Positions 25,912 to 39,636 of a stretch of DNA of 64,000 nt are shown here, one piece after another. Below the pieces are notes generated by a model, which saw only the letters and a program-made list of their open reading frames with translations, was not told the DNA's origin and searched no databases. Positions within the stretch are counted from its first letter, which is position 1, and each line of letters starts with the position of its first letter. Origin of the DNA: Catajapyx aquilonaris (taxonomy: Eukaryota); assembly GCA_000934665.2 (NCBI GenBank), contig KZ538071.1:62001-126000 (forward strand), in the 5' to 3' direction. Made by a program: the position numbers and the translations under genes.

Positions 25912-28900
25912 TAGTGAATGGCAACCTCAAACTCGAGTCAAAAAATTTATAATTAGGCAGAGCTTCGAATGACAATCAAAGAGATGCCTATGGTACACTT
26001 TCCGTCAAAAATATTCTACGTTGCTGAAGGTAAATATTGTGAGGACCAGAGCAAGGGGTATACCGTGTAGGATATAGGGTTACTCCTTTAGAAGAGCAGC
26101 TCGAGTGATGCTCATTGATACGAGGTGAATGCCTGTGATGGTTACAAATGGCGACTTGGAGAAAGTGACAAAGTACGTTGATTGTCCTCTTTGCGGCGCT
26201 TTCATTGTTTGAGAGCCTTCTATTCCGTCCCCAGCCTGCCAGGCGTCACACTCTGCCGCTTTGGTCCTTATAGCTGTTGGTTCAAGTTGCGGTCGTTGTT
26301 GTTGTGGTGGTGCTGTTATGTCGCCGTGGATGTAACCGTGTCAAGCCATCAGATGATGGGCGCCAAAACATGTTTCTAATGCCGCCTCATGCTTTGTGCC
26401 ACTATGCGACTTACATGATCGATGATCACATGACCAACAATTCAGACGATATCAAAGCCTATCTAATATATTTTACTTGCTAGTTATCCTCCAAATGGTA
26501 CTAACATATGGACTTCTATTAAGTAAATCACAGTTGATGATACGCTACTACTAAAACACCTCAAGATTATCCTCAGATTTACGACATGTCCTTTTCGATT
26601 GAGGATATAAAACGATGAAAAACCTGACAGTGTTTCTCGGACGTGTTGATGACCATGTCGCTCTCATTCCACGGTAACACTTCTCCAGCAACTCTTCTTA
26701 TTTTTTTGCTTCACGCAGGTAAAGAAGTTGCTTGATAGTTCAGCTGCCTCCCAAGTGAAATAAATCTAACTCTATGTGTTAAATCATGCGCGGTATATTT
26801 CACTTGAGCGGAGGCAAGAACAGGTTTTTTTTTTGCCAGCTGGATGACGCGAGAGACAATTCTCTGCGTCCTCATGGTAACTGTGCAATAATAATGATCA
26901 CAGAATGAGTTCAGGACATGACAAGCGTGCAAATTCATAATTGATAGGCCCACCATGCATGGCTATTAACTTGCAGTAATCGATAGCTGGCTAATAAATA
27001 AGGCGGTCCGTTCCGGACACTTTCACATAGTCCGGTTCTTCAGCAAAAAAATAAGTTAAATAAATGCAAACAGTCCTACTTCATTGCACTAGAGCAGTCA
27101 TAAACAATCAATTTGCTTGACAATGCGATCTTTAATGTTTCGATGCTGACAGACCTCGCCCACTGACCACAATGGGTATGGCCAATTTCCATAGGTTCTA
27201 CTGAGTAAGGAAATTAGTAATCGAACACTATCCAATGACTGATGGTTCTTTGATGATGCGCGTCATGGTGTTTACCAGCTTATGTAAAGTAATTGCACTG
27301 CGTAGTAGCCAACACTACCGCATTATTACTGTAAAAATTAAAGTCTCGAACATTTACTCATTAAAGCACGTCACCGTCTCTAACTCCAAATTATAAATGC
27401 AAATATGAAGGCAATCAGGAAAACAGCAATACCGGTACCGCATATGGTAAATTCAAGATCGCTTGTTCATAACGTCATCCTGATGATGATCCTAGTGTTT
27501 TGAAGAGCTAGCCGAGTGCATATGCCCCCATCCCGAAAAGGATTTTTGATGCATATCCCGGAGTCAGCCCTCCTTCGTTCCTTTCCAAGACTAATGGTCC
27601 TTTGGTCCCTGGCGTCCGGCACTCAATTATGCGCTGGCAAGACGAAGAACCTCCTCGGAAAATATGGCCCCCACACTAACTTCTTGCTCTTATCGCTGCA
27701 AAGCTATTCCAACTATCCCTGAGGAATTAAGCTCTACTCTCTTTTTCGCGCTTTTTAATCACCTCTTAGCCCACACCTTGTCGGCTCCGGACAATATAAG
27801 CGTCCCTCACATGTCAAAAGAGAGTTGCACGTATCATTTCGGATTCGCTGCCGGTGCTGGGAATACTGCGCCAGCACCGTGCCTAAACGGACCTCATTTC
27901 GGCCGGATCACTTGCGGCGGCAACTTGCAAAATGGTTTGCGCCAGGAAAGAATCTTGCCTCATTATGGCCAATTTTGTGCAAAATTACAAGACTGTTTCT
28001 CATGTTTTCAATTTTTAAATACAGCATTAAATTTTTAACTGAATATTGAATATTGGAGTTAATATTAAATTTTGAATTGAATTTGAAATTTTTAACCGAA
28101 TATTGATATTTTTGCTAAATATTGAGAATTTTCTAAATATTTGAATTGAAGGTTGAATATTGAATTAAATATTTTCAGATCTAATTTTCAAATTACAGAT
28201 TGGTAATGTAGTGCGATGAACCTGCTCTTTTTATAGACTGTAGCACCTATTGTATGAGATGGGATGCTTGATATGGCGGGGAGCCGTGACAAGAAAAAAA
28301 AGGTAAGGTAAAATCGTATATGTCAGGATGAAAAGAGGCGTCACACTTCAGAGCGTCATAGCTTTTTCAGGATTTAGAAGTGTCAGAAAAAGTAAAGTCG
28401 CACTTTCCTATCCCGGAATTGGATCAATGACAAAAAAGTGCGTGTGGCCGTGACTCTGTAGATATTCAGTTCCGTTACGATTCATCCTCAAGGTGAGCCA
28501 CTTCCTCTCCAAATAAATAATGGAAGGTGGTTTTGTGGGGGGAAGGGGGAAGTGGTCCTGTCACTCGTCCCTAGCTACATCCTGATTTACTTTGTTTTCT
28601 GCATCTCATTCGTATGCAAATGAGCTGCTCGCCCACGTGGGACACACGTCAGCTTTTTTATTTGAAACCGCCACTTACTTTTGCCTTTTTTTTCTTTCTT
28701 TTCCTTCTATTCCAATGCCCCGCACACTTTTCATCCTGAAATATGAAGACACAAATCTTCCGCTTGATTCCAGTCTTTGTCTGATAAAAATTCAATCAAG
28801 ACTCGCCTTTTGCCCATAAATTATTGCAAATCGAATGGGGCCGCCAGTCCTTGCATTCCTTTGCACCAAATATATGCGAATGTCTTCCGCCAGACCAAAT

Positions 28901-30113
28901 GTCACAATTAATTGCCCTCTGGGAGAAATTTCTTGCTCGAGCAGTCGCGTGGTTCGCGACACATGACGCCCCAAAAAAACTAGTTTCAACGCTACCTGAC
29001 AGTCCACAATATATATATTTTAAAAATGTTGTATGTTAGTGTCCTAAACGTTGCAACAAAAATGTTCTCCAATTTTGGTAAAGCGACGGATAATGATGGC
29101 GTCCAAGGTCCTTTTATGATTTTCGAAGTGAACCTGCTCGGTCCTTGAATTGGCTGCCTTTCTCCAACGAAGCATACATTACTTGCAACCTATATGTACA
29201 CTACGTACAATTAGTATTCCATTTCCAGAAGGTCTTAGCTGAGTTTTTTTTTTATTCCCTCGCCATCTGGAAGCTGCGGTGAAAGGTCTTGAAGACCCTA
29301 TGTATGACTTATTGAGACTCATAGGGAGGTGACTTATCTGCAATCATACTCTGAGTCAGGGAGCCTAGGGCCAAGGACATTGAGCATGAACATCGTATAA
29401 GTGTCCTTTCATTGCCGGTCTGCCGACGACAGCTGAGATCACCCTTGGTCCCCCGCTGCATTGTTGCCAAAGGCCGAAGGCACAGTGCCTGGAAGCCTCG
29501 TACAATTACAGATGGGTCGGGGATGGCTCTAACCCACAAAAAAGCAGGGGATCTACCCCATTTAGACCACAAGGAAGGAGCCCCACAGACCACAAACTGG
29601 GGGCCAGAGAGTACGTGCTGCATCTACACAAAAGGGCAATTCTAGTTCTTAGGCCAGAAGAGGAATTGATCTGAATTGCGGGCCCCAGAATGGTGAATGG
29701 TGAATGGCGCGCAGCAACAATAATTCCCAGTTTATGTTTTTTTACTGACATTTTTTTTTGTACCCTTAGGCCAGGAAATGGTCTCGCGGTACAAATACCG
29801 TGGCACATTCTGAATAAGAGGGCTTCCCAACAGTTGAAACGCGTTCCGACAAAGCGTAGTGATCACGTGCCGAGACCAATCGACCGGCAATCGATATATG
29901 AAAATTAGTTGTTCCCAGAGTCGATTAGGCCTCCACTTACAGGTAGAAAAGCGGTGAATATCCGAGTCAAAAAAATTCAATCTTCAGCTTCATTTCTATG
30001 CTAATTGGCCGCGACAAGAGCAGCTCTAGGCTCTAATCTAATCACTGCTGAGCACTCTATCAATTGGACCGTAGCACCCACATCACCCAAATGAGTAAAG
30101 AGCGACACTTTAC

Positions 30114-30169
30114 CTTGGAGAAGCCGATGCTGGGAGTAGGTGCTTGACCCGTCTCATGTCGCTTGAACA
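30114..30169 (-). CDS. dys: dys exon: bHLH-PAS linker (VFKRHETGQAPTPSIGFSK)
   Basis: Acceptor ttatttttcag|TG, donor AAG|gtaaag. 56 nt, phase 1 in, phase 0 out, exactly bridging the flanking exons. Resembles the VFKRH...PTPxIGFSK linker I recall from Dys. Confidence 0.92.
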
Positions 30170-31282
30170 CTGAAAAATAAGGGATCACACATGAGTCCAA
30201 TTAAGTAGTAATACCCGATAATATTATAAGTACGTAATAACACGCAGGTAGTGAACCCCCNCCCCCCCCCCCCCCCCGATGGGGATGGTATCCAAATGTG
30301 CAATAATTGAATACCATTCCTATCCATCACGGTCTCAGCGCAACAATCGGCTGCCTTCCATCAGTGAGCGGACATTTTTCATCCCTACATCCACTGAAGG
30401 CTTCTGCAGATCCCATTGACCTGTTCGCTGCCAGCTAATTGCCAATCACGTCTTCTGTCAGCGCCTTCCTTTCTGTTTCTTCCCATCAACAATTAACACC
30501 ACACTCCTATTCTGCAAGCACGTCAAGCTCACATTTGATCATACATTCCTCCATGATTTTCAATTTTGAATTGACCGCACGGTATACCACCACTCAGTTT
30601 TCGGGAAGTACCGTACACATGTTGGACCTGTTGACATGCAAAATGGTTGGGGCGGAGAAGTGAAAGAGTGTGCAGAAGTGGAAGAGCGTGAAATATATGT
30701 ACGTAAATGGGAATGCATGATAGGACTAGATGAGTGCGGAAGGGCAGCGGCGGCGGCACTTGTTGTGGTGCCTTCTCGCTGGCTGCTTGCGCATTATGCA
30801 TGCTCTTCCGCTAGTCGCCTTTTCCAAAAGGATCGTGTCACAAGCTCTTACCTCATGTCACTTACTCTTCAACACGGTGGAAAAAAATGAGGTGAGAAAA
30901 AAAAAACCAAACCAAGCGAATAAGGACAGGTATCTTGACATGACATCCAGGTAAAGGTTGCTTATTCCAACCTGATGCTGAACAACCAGGTAAAAATGAA
31001 TATTTCCTATATTCAGTTGGTGTGTGGTAAGTGAGCTAGTAAGAAGTAAGTAGCCGGATGGGATGAATCCTTTTTTCGGCGCCAACCCTCACTTTTCATG
31101 TTTCAAAAGGCTTTGTGTGTGAGGAAACGCCTCTTTCTGTGCCCGCCTGTCACCTATTGTGCAACGAGACAGAGCAATTCTGCCCATAAAATGGGCTTTG
31201 GGATTTCATTTGGCTGGAGCCGCATCAGTACAAGTGCCTCACCATCGCGACTCGTGCAGCGCAAGAAACAGACCTAAAAAAA

Positions 31283-31283
<1 letters not shown>

Positions 31284-31315
<32 letters not shown>

Positions 31316-31316
31316 C
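31284..31316. repeat. (AAC)11 microsatellite following a poly-A run
   Basis: Read directly. Confidence 0.95.
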
Positions 31317-34300
31317 CTGCCGCTCTCTAGATTGACTTAATTACTTTTCCATCAAGGTATGCGGCCTACAAATGAGGGGTGCGTGCTCGTCACGCAGGTT
31401 TGGAGACCCGAAACCCGTGTTTGAATAGTCAGCCGTGTCGTGAGATAGTGTACGCAGATGACATAATAGTTGTGGCTAGTAGGTGCCCCACCCTGCAGCC
31501 TGCAGCCTCCGTCCCTTTCTTTCTTCTTTCTATTCGCAGACTTAGCCCTTGAGAAGGTGTCCCGTCGGGGCCACGAGTCGGCCTTGAACAAGGCCCCGAG
31601 TTCCGGCTTCTCCTCCGCGAATACGTTGAACCCTCCCGCAAGCCGGATATAGGTAGGATGACAGGTATATACCACATATACCTGTATTATGTAACTGGTG
31701 TCAGCATAACATTTAATCAAGTGGTTAGACATGAATTCCAATACGTAATATCCAGGGCAAACAAGCGTGGGAAAAGGAGTGTAAATTGTGCAAGGTAGTC
31801 ATTTGGAGTTGAGAGGCACTTGTTGGCAATCATGGACCAGCCAGCCAGCATTTGTCATCAGCCGGCGCCAAAAGTTGTCCACAAGCTCTTTTAATGTGAG
31901 CTTCATGCCGAATATGTCCTCCCCATCACCCTACCTACCCAAATCCCTCACCTTAAGCTGCATCTTCCAACCTCCTTTTGTGGGCTGCCACTGAAAAGAC
32001 GCGCGGAGTCAGCCACTTAATTGCCTCCCGTCTTAAAAGCCAAGACTAATGGGGCCTCCGAAGACGGGAAAAAGGCGGCCTCGCCTGGCTTAATTTGCTC
32101 ATCACAAGATGCTAGGGCTGCTGTACCACAAGAAGAGACAGACGCGATGGTACCGCGACCACAAGATAGACTATTTTCTGCAGGTAAATTGCCACCTGCG
32201 AGATGGCAACACAAGTCATCCTCAGATTGCCTATATGGTTTGGGTCTTTTTCTGCTGCCATCATTATAGCTGTCTTACCTGCCTGATTCACCTGCTATTT
32301 TTCCAGCTCCATGCCGCACCCCACGGTTGAGTTATCTAACGTAAGTTGCGGCAGTTTTTCCCAAGTTGATGCTCTAGGACCACCATTTGGTTGCATTATT
32401 AGCTTCCCTGACACGACAATTTCCCCTTCGACGGCATTCCGGAGAAAACGGGGACTGGTCTTGACCTTGTCGCCTCTGGGATACCATCGCGCCAATAATT
32501 TGCCGACGAAAATGCGATTACATCTCAAGTCCGTATCCTTTGCGAAAAAGGGCTGGTCCCTGTGATTTAAAACACCCTGTACTGGCGTTAAGGTCAAAAT
32601 GGAATCGTAGCTTGGCAAGGAGATATGTAAATCAGGGGATACTGAAAACCACCACTTTTTTTGTGTAGGTTATTGTTGGTTTACTCCTTACTTTGTCTCT
32701 GAAAGGCATGCATGTTGAAAATTTAAACATTAATCAACATGACTGATATAACATTTTAACCTGCTTCTATATCTTACGACTTAAATGGAAATATGTTAGA
32801 TATTTATATGGCTTAATACAACCTATAATATTAATGTACCATTTGCATTGTATTACACATGTCCTGCAGCACTGTATCTGACAGGCTTGACTTAAAGGCC
32901 AGTGCATAATTTTTCGCAGGCACCCCCTGTAAACGATCCGATCTCTGCACGAAGTAATTCTTTATACAGATAAATCCGATGAGAAGAAGTGTAAGAAGTG
33001 ATGGAGGTGCGTGTAATCGGCGCAGTGCGATTTGTACTCGTATACCTAGAGTCTGTCATCCCCCGGTGCCTGCCTTCCTTGTATCCGGTAATAGTAATTG
33101 ATGGCAGGAGAGGATTGATAGGGCGTCGAATTCCAATGTCAGAGAAAAGATTTGGTCCTTTGTGTCTAAGGCGGGATTAATATGGCCCTTCCATCCCCGC
33201 CTAGAATAAGAAAAGCCGACTAGATGGACGACAGCAATTAGGGCTATGCTAAGCTCGGCACACATTGGATAGTGTACTGTCAGTCTGCAGGTCATGTACC
33301 GATGTGACTGCGTCCAACAAAAAGTACAGCAGAATTTTAGCGATTGTGTCCGGATCAAACTGCTGTAGCCGATACTATCGATGGACTGTTTTACCGTGTC
33401 ATCCTGTATACATGTTGAATGATGAGTAAGATATTTCCAAGCCCCACAGGACAGGACCTCACATTGCTGCATCAAATTATAATAAATGTCCCCATCTGTC
33501 CTAATAAATAGGTGAGCGTGCACAGTGACACGCGTTAGCTGCAACTTCCATTGTCCAATATTTATCAGCGGAATCGCTCGCAGTGGGAATTCGGGCTCTT
33601 CCCCTCCCTCCCTGCCCATTCCCCGCCCTAAAATCATGTAAGGGAGGGAGAGGGAAAAAGAGAGAAGGACTGCTCATAGCTCACCTGGCAAATTTGTACC
33701 TGTCCACTTCCTCTGACACCACTGAAACCCATTGTGCTGCTCGCAACTAACATCGCGCTTCCCACGAATTCAATTACGGTACTGTACCAACCACGGTGTT
33801 CATCAGTGGTCCTGAGTTCGATCCAACTCTAACCCCCCAAAAAAAAGAATTGACATTTAACTTTAAAAATTTCCAGCAGAAAGTTGTGGGTTGGAAGCCT
33901 TCTTCTAACTGATTGCATCAATAGGTGCGCACATAATTTATGCCCATTTTCACCAGCTCGTCCATCTTACTCGTCTCTAATTAATATTTATTGCCTACGA
34001 CCTCTCCCACCTATATCTATTCTCATGTTGTTGTTTTTTTTCCACCCCATATATTTTTCCGGAGCTTGTGCGGTGAAAAATCTTCCAAGGTTGGCTTTGC
34101 GCTGAAAAGACGAGTTGCAGGAGGCAAAAGGCCGAAAGATGCCGGATGCTGCTGCCATGCGATGCAATGCTAGCATGTAGAATCACAACCCGCTCACCTC
34201 GCTCCTTCCAACTTTTTGCCCCACACACTCATTCTACCCCCCTCCTCAACTGCTCCATCTCCTACCTAACCTTCATCATCGGCCATCCCCCTCTTGCGAC

Positions 34301-37300
34301 TTCTTCCAATCTCATAGTATACCATTAATATCATCAGTCTCATACAACCTTATAAACAATCGTGGTAAATTCATTTATGGTGACTTTTGGGACAGTAATA
34401 TTTGGTGCTGATACTGGGCCAATTAGATTCGAGTGCGGCTTTTAGGTCCAGGGGTAGAATAGTCATTAATTAATCCAGCTGACGGTTAGTATAAATCAAT
34501 GGCATATAATGTCCTGAATGAGGGGATGTTAATAAATTATTAAGATTGATTCATGACATGAGGTGTGATGGGTTTTGGGGCTGACTGGTAGCACAAACAT
34601 TTCGCCGCCTCTTTCTATATGGCTATCGTAAAGTATGCAAAAATATGCAAATGCGTACGACTCAGTTAGGCTGGTTTTGGTTAGGGATGTTCCTGTCTCA
34701 TTCGGCCATAGATGTACAATTCACGCCATGATTTAAATATTAAACACGTAAGCATATACAGACGTGTAAAATCATAAGAAATTCAAGTTCCAGCTGCAAT
34801 GTGGCAAAAAGGTCAAAATGACGTCAGACAAGTAATTGAATTTCTTGCTCACGCGTAATTTTCTGCAATCAAGGAAGAATTTCGTCACCCCACTCCATAA
34901 TAACTATCCTAGCAGACCCATAGGAATAGGAACAAAATATCAGCAAGGTTCAAAATCTGATCACACACATTGCACAGGAAAAGCTCAGGTGTATTAAAAA
35001 AGGTAACAGGACATAGCATATATATATATATAAATTTTTGCAAATGGCTCCACGAAAAAATTGATCAAATAAAACACTGTGCTCATCAAAGAAACCCTTC
35101 ACTCTAACGAAGCTCTTTACGTTATATAGTTACGCTCATCAGTCAAGTAAAAAAAAAAATCGAGCGAGAAAAGTTGCTTTAGATGGCATTGATACCAATT
35201 ACTATGCTAGAAAATTCCTGGACGGTTTGTGTAGTGGACGTATAGCTGCCAGCTTGCGTTTTTTTGTGGATTCGATGGACGAGGCTGATCAGGGTTTCAT
35301 AGTTACATTTATGAGGTGGCCATCAAAGTCAAGCCCCACCTAGGCATCCCCGAAGCAAGATGCTACTATTTGATAAATGTGCCGCTCTCCATCTAAGGCC
35401 CACCGGAAGAGGCCCTTAAAGCCCTATTTCATGCCCCCTATCGACAACTTATTGAAATTGTTTCGCCATTAAAATCATTCCCAATTTGTCTATTGGACTC
35501 TTTCTAGTCCGACCGCCAACAAAGCCGCAGCCCATTCAAAGAAAGGTTCAGACTTTCTATACTTTGTCGCAACTTTTATGCACCATGTTTATACTAATGA
35601 CAGTAACATGCTAAGATGCAGGTCATAAAAGGAATACTGATCACCTGCTACCCATATGTCACAACTATTTTGGTCCCATGCTGAGCAATAAAAATTTCAA
35701 ACCAGGTTTCTCTAGCAGATCCCATGCAAAACCATTAAACGAGAAGGTATGTCTAGAGTATAAGCCATTGTGTGGACAGGACAGGTGGATATTCTTGCAG
35801 GTACAACATCACCCTTGAGTGTGACAGTCAGCTGCCGCTTTAATTTTTTTCCCCTCATCCAGTAATATTATTCCCTTCTCACGCCTCACATTTGTCCTCT
35901 TATCACTATATGTACCGTAAGCCTTTGATATCTTGAAACACTCTTATGGGAAGTAGTATTACAACTCAGCTGATCAACGCATGAATAACAACGTAAAAAA
36001 ATATCCTTGTATGCAGAACCTATAAAATATTAATTTAGCTAAGCTCACAAATCTAGTTAGGTTACTACCACTTCACACATCCGCCAACATATCTAGAGAG
36101 TGACTTGGCCTCATCTGCTCGCATGTTCTAGGGGCACCCCACAGTGAAGCAGACGCTGCATCAAAGACGATCCGGAAAGTAATTATTTATTCCGGTGGCA
36201 AATAAGCCGAACTGTTCCACATCTCACGCTAAACAAAAACAAATCAATTTCGTTTCGCCAACAAGTCGGTTGCATGGCGAGCGTGATGTAAGTGAAAAAG
36301 GCCGTAATTGGCTCGGGTAAATGAGCAAAACGACTCTTCCACTCCCTATAGCTCATTGCCTAGTGTCCAGCTGAAAGAAGGTGTGCTGGACCCACCCCCA
36401 CTTTCTCCACCTCCTGATATAATAGGCCCTGCAGAGAGGTTAATTACCCAAATGTGAGCAAATAATACTGGCTAATTAAAGGCAAGGCTGCCCTCCTCCC
36501 CCTTATATTTTTTTCTCTCCTTCGACTACTATACACTGTGGCATGTTGGCAATTAGTTGGCGCAACAAAACCCTCCCAGCCTCCTGATTAATTAGGCCTG
36601 CAAGTCTTGTCCTGTGCCAGACCATCACAAAAGGATCAAAGTACGGTACCTTACAAGCAGCAGCCCTTCATAAGCGGAAGGCTAAGCCAGCTCTGGTTTT
36701 TTTCCTGCCAATTGGGCAGTCTTTTGTTGTGTGGAAGGTCCCGGCGTGAAATCAATCCGTGGGCCCCTTTTGCTTAGGCCCCCTTGTATTCTCAGCAGAG
36801 TCCATCGCCCACTTTGTCTCCCGACAACAATCAAGCCATTCGCCTTCTCATTAGGACCTTTCTTCTTTTCTCCGATTTTATTATTGCCAAGGCGCATGAT
36901 GCTTCTGGCAACTATTGGCCCTCAACCTCTTTTGAAAAAAATAAAAAAAATAAAACCAACTAATATGCACGAAGTTCATGAGGTCAATAAGGCGAACAAG
37001 CATGTGATATTTGGCAAGTCGAGCAGAGCAAGAGGGCGTGGGTCGAGAAACAAGCATAGTGAACGTGTGAGGCTATATGACCAGCTTTAAAAAAAAATAA
37101 AAGCTTGGCCGCAGAGAGCTCCATAACATGCCTCCCACATATGAGAAGGGACATATATCTGCAACCGATCGTAACGCCTCCGATTGATATACGGCCGGGT
37201 CACCCAGGTTCATGTGTATGTGTGAAAGCAGCATGTCTGCACCGCCTCCCAAGACAATATTGCTGCTCTGCATATCTTCTTTTTCCCCATCTGCCTCCAC

Positions 37301-39454
37301 CTAAACAGCTAACTTGGCATTGGCACCAATTTCTTCATCAGTGTGTTTCGACAGCATAGCCAACAGAAAAATCAGATCTATCACCAAAAATTCTGACAAA
37401 GAAATGCCAGCGTGCTATTAGCAACAACAACAAAAAAAAATGGCTGCGGCGACAATAAAGGGCGCCACTTGGCCAAACTTCGGCGGGAGAGGAACATGTA
37501 AAACAGGTTGGCAGCAGGGGGACAAAGAGCACCACTTTCAAACGAAGAATATCAAAAGGGAGAAGGATACGCAGACACAGTTCTAGCCAAAAAAATAAAT
37601 CGGCTGCCAAGATTTATCTTTTACGCTTAGGGAAATGTCATGTCGGGCTTATCGACCTGCGCTTCTGGTTCCCTTCGGCCGCCATAACAAAAGGTGGAGG
37701 GAAAAAGAGGTCGCCGACCTCCTAATGTCATCAACTTTTCCATAACATTGCTTTATCTTTATGCTCGACCTCCAAAAAATGCAATATTGACTCGAATCCA
37801 AGCTAATGAGAATAAATTACAGCCTCTATACCACCTGTAAGCCAATAATGTATACTGTACCCAAAATATTTCGCAACAAAAAAAAGCAACAATGCGGAGA
37901 GATTAAGCCCTAATCGATTGCATAACTCAAAAAGAAGAGAAGCTTATCTCGAGGTAATGGGCAGGTTCCGTTTAGCCAAAAGGTTTTTGAGATCGTGACG
38001 TAACATTCCGGATCCTGCTTTTTCGTCCCTGTCCCATACCTTGGGTCCAGCATGCATCTCTATCTCTTTTTCTGCCTCATAACGTGGACCAGCCATCGTT
38101 TCTCCTTGACGAGCGAGTTTTAGAGTTGAGAGAAGGAGTCGTAAAATTGGAGGATCAACTCGTTTTGCTCGACACCGGGACAATGGATCCGTCCCATCCT
38201 TTTTCCTTTTTTTTAAAGGACACGAACACACACGCAACGTGAAGACCTGGATGCAACAGCAGCACTGTTTGTCACATGTCGCTTCACATTTCCGGAATCG
38301 GGGGTTTGTGTCTGTGACAGTTTGGTGTCCACTCGTCACAGCCAGAAGTCAACTAGGAGACAACTCGTTGTGCAACTGAGTTTTGAGGTAGTCCAGGGCT
38401 GATTTCCCACGGCCGAAGATTTCCCCGGAATGTCGAAAGGAACGTCAACCCCCATAACGGAGCATATGCTTTACTATTTGCCTGCCTCGCCCTTCATGAT
38501 TGATTATTCATTCTGAAGCGGTAATGCAAGGTAATCGTGACACCAGATTATTACATGGTTGAGAAATATGTAGGCTTAAGCTATAAACACGCATTAATGG
38601 GCGCACACTGCCATGCATGCTGGATGATGTTACGTGTGGTGTCAAAACTCCTAGACTTCCAAGAAAAATGGACCCTACCTGTTCAGATTTCGGGTCAACC
38701 ATAACTCTCTAAGAAACCGTGCTGGGGTGATAGCCTATTTAAATGCTTGACACACTAGTGACTGATCATAAAAATTGTGATGGTCTTGATGGGTGGCCTA
38801 ATGTGATTTGCAAGAAAAATACACACATCATCCCAATTTGCAATGGTCAGTACATCAGTCACTCGTAGTGAATGTAAGCAGTAGCATTGTAAAAATGTGG
38901 TCATTAGTAGACCACTTCGTGTCTTTCACTCATCAAGAACTTGATCAAACTCACAGATAATAAAAAGACATCAACGAACGGTTGAAAAATGAACCGTGAG
39001 AAGAAATCCATGAAAGGGTGCTCCTTCAGGAACAGAATCAGGTTTGAAAATACACTCAAAAAGGGCAGTGCTACCTCTCCGTGCAGCTGGTTTGAATTGC
39101 GCAAGAATATTCGCCACGAAATCGTTCTCCTCTTTCTTAGGTTGTATTTGGCCACAAGAGGAGAGCGTAAAAGGGCGGTGCTGGAAATGGTATCGCTATC
39201 TTACAAGTGAAAGGCACATTTGGTGTCTCGTTGCCATTGATTTACGGCACCCTTTAGTTTGGCGTCAAGCAAAATCCGGGAAAGCTGCATTGTACGGTCG
39301 CCAATGTTACTCGTCTTTTAGCGTGTCCCAAGTTCCGTCTCCGCCTTGGGTGCAAATTGAAATGTCCAAACGGGCGTGTACCTCTTCCTGCTCGTTGAGT
39401 GACAGGTAAAAGCGTATGTGCAAGTAAGTTACGTTGTATAACAGGTGTACTCAC

Positions 39455-39636
39455 CCTGCTGGAAGTAGTTGGCTTTGCGCACGTAGACGCAGACCAGAGC
39501 CATTAGCTGCAGCTGCGATAGCCGCTGTCTGGTGGACGACGGCAGCGGAAGGAGATCACGCAAGTTGGCTATCTCCGCGTTGATCAAGTCTCGCCGTAGC
39601 TTGCTGGCTCCTTTCGTCGATTTTGTAGCGTCGAAA
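39455..39636 (-). CDS. dys: dys exon: bHLH domain (xFDATKSTKGASKLRRDLINAEIANLRDLLPLPSSTRQRLSQLQLMALVCVYVRKANYFQQ)
   Basis: Hand translation; absent from the ORF track. Acceptor ttttcctcag-cag (alternative start 39639), donor G|gtgagt. 182 nt, phase 2 in, phase 1 out. The KSTKGASK-RRD basic region is typical of the Dys/NPAS4 class. Confidence 0.96.

Noticed and set aside
32545..32931. Mariner-style right ends (AACACCCTG|TA at 32581, CACCCCCTG|TA at 32931; also GAATGACTG|TA near 22534)
   Set aside because: No matching left TIR found, so element boundaries cannot be supported.
33056..33637. Longest ORF in the track (193 aa, minus strand, inside a dys intron)
   Set aside because: No recognisable motif or composition bias and not needed for the dys reading frame; treated as a chance ORF, although a BLASTP search was not possible.
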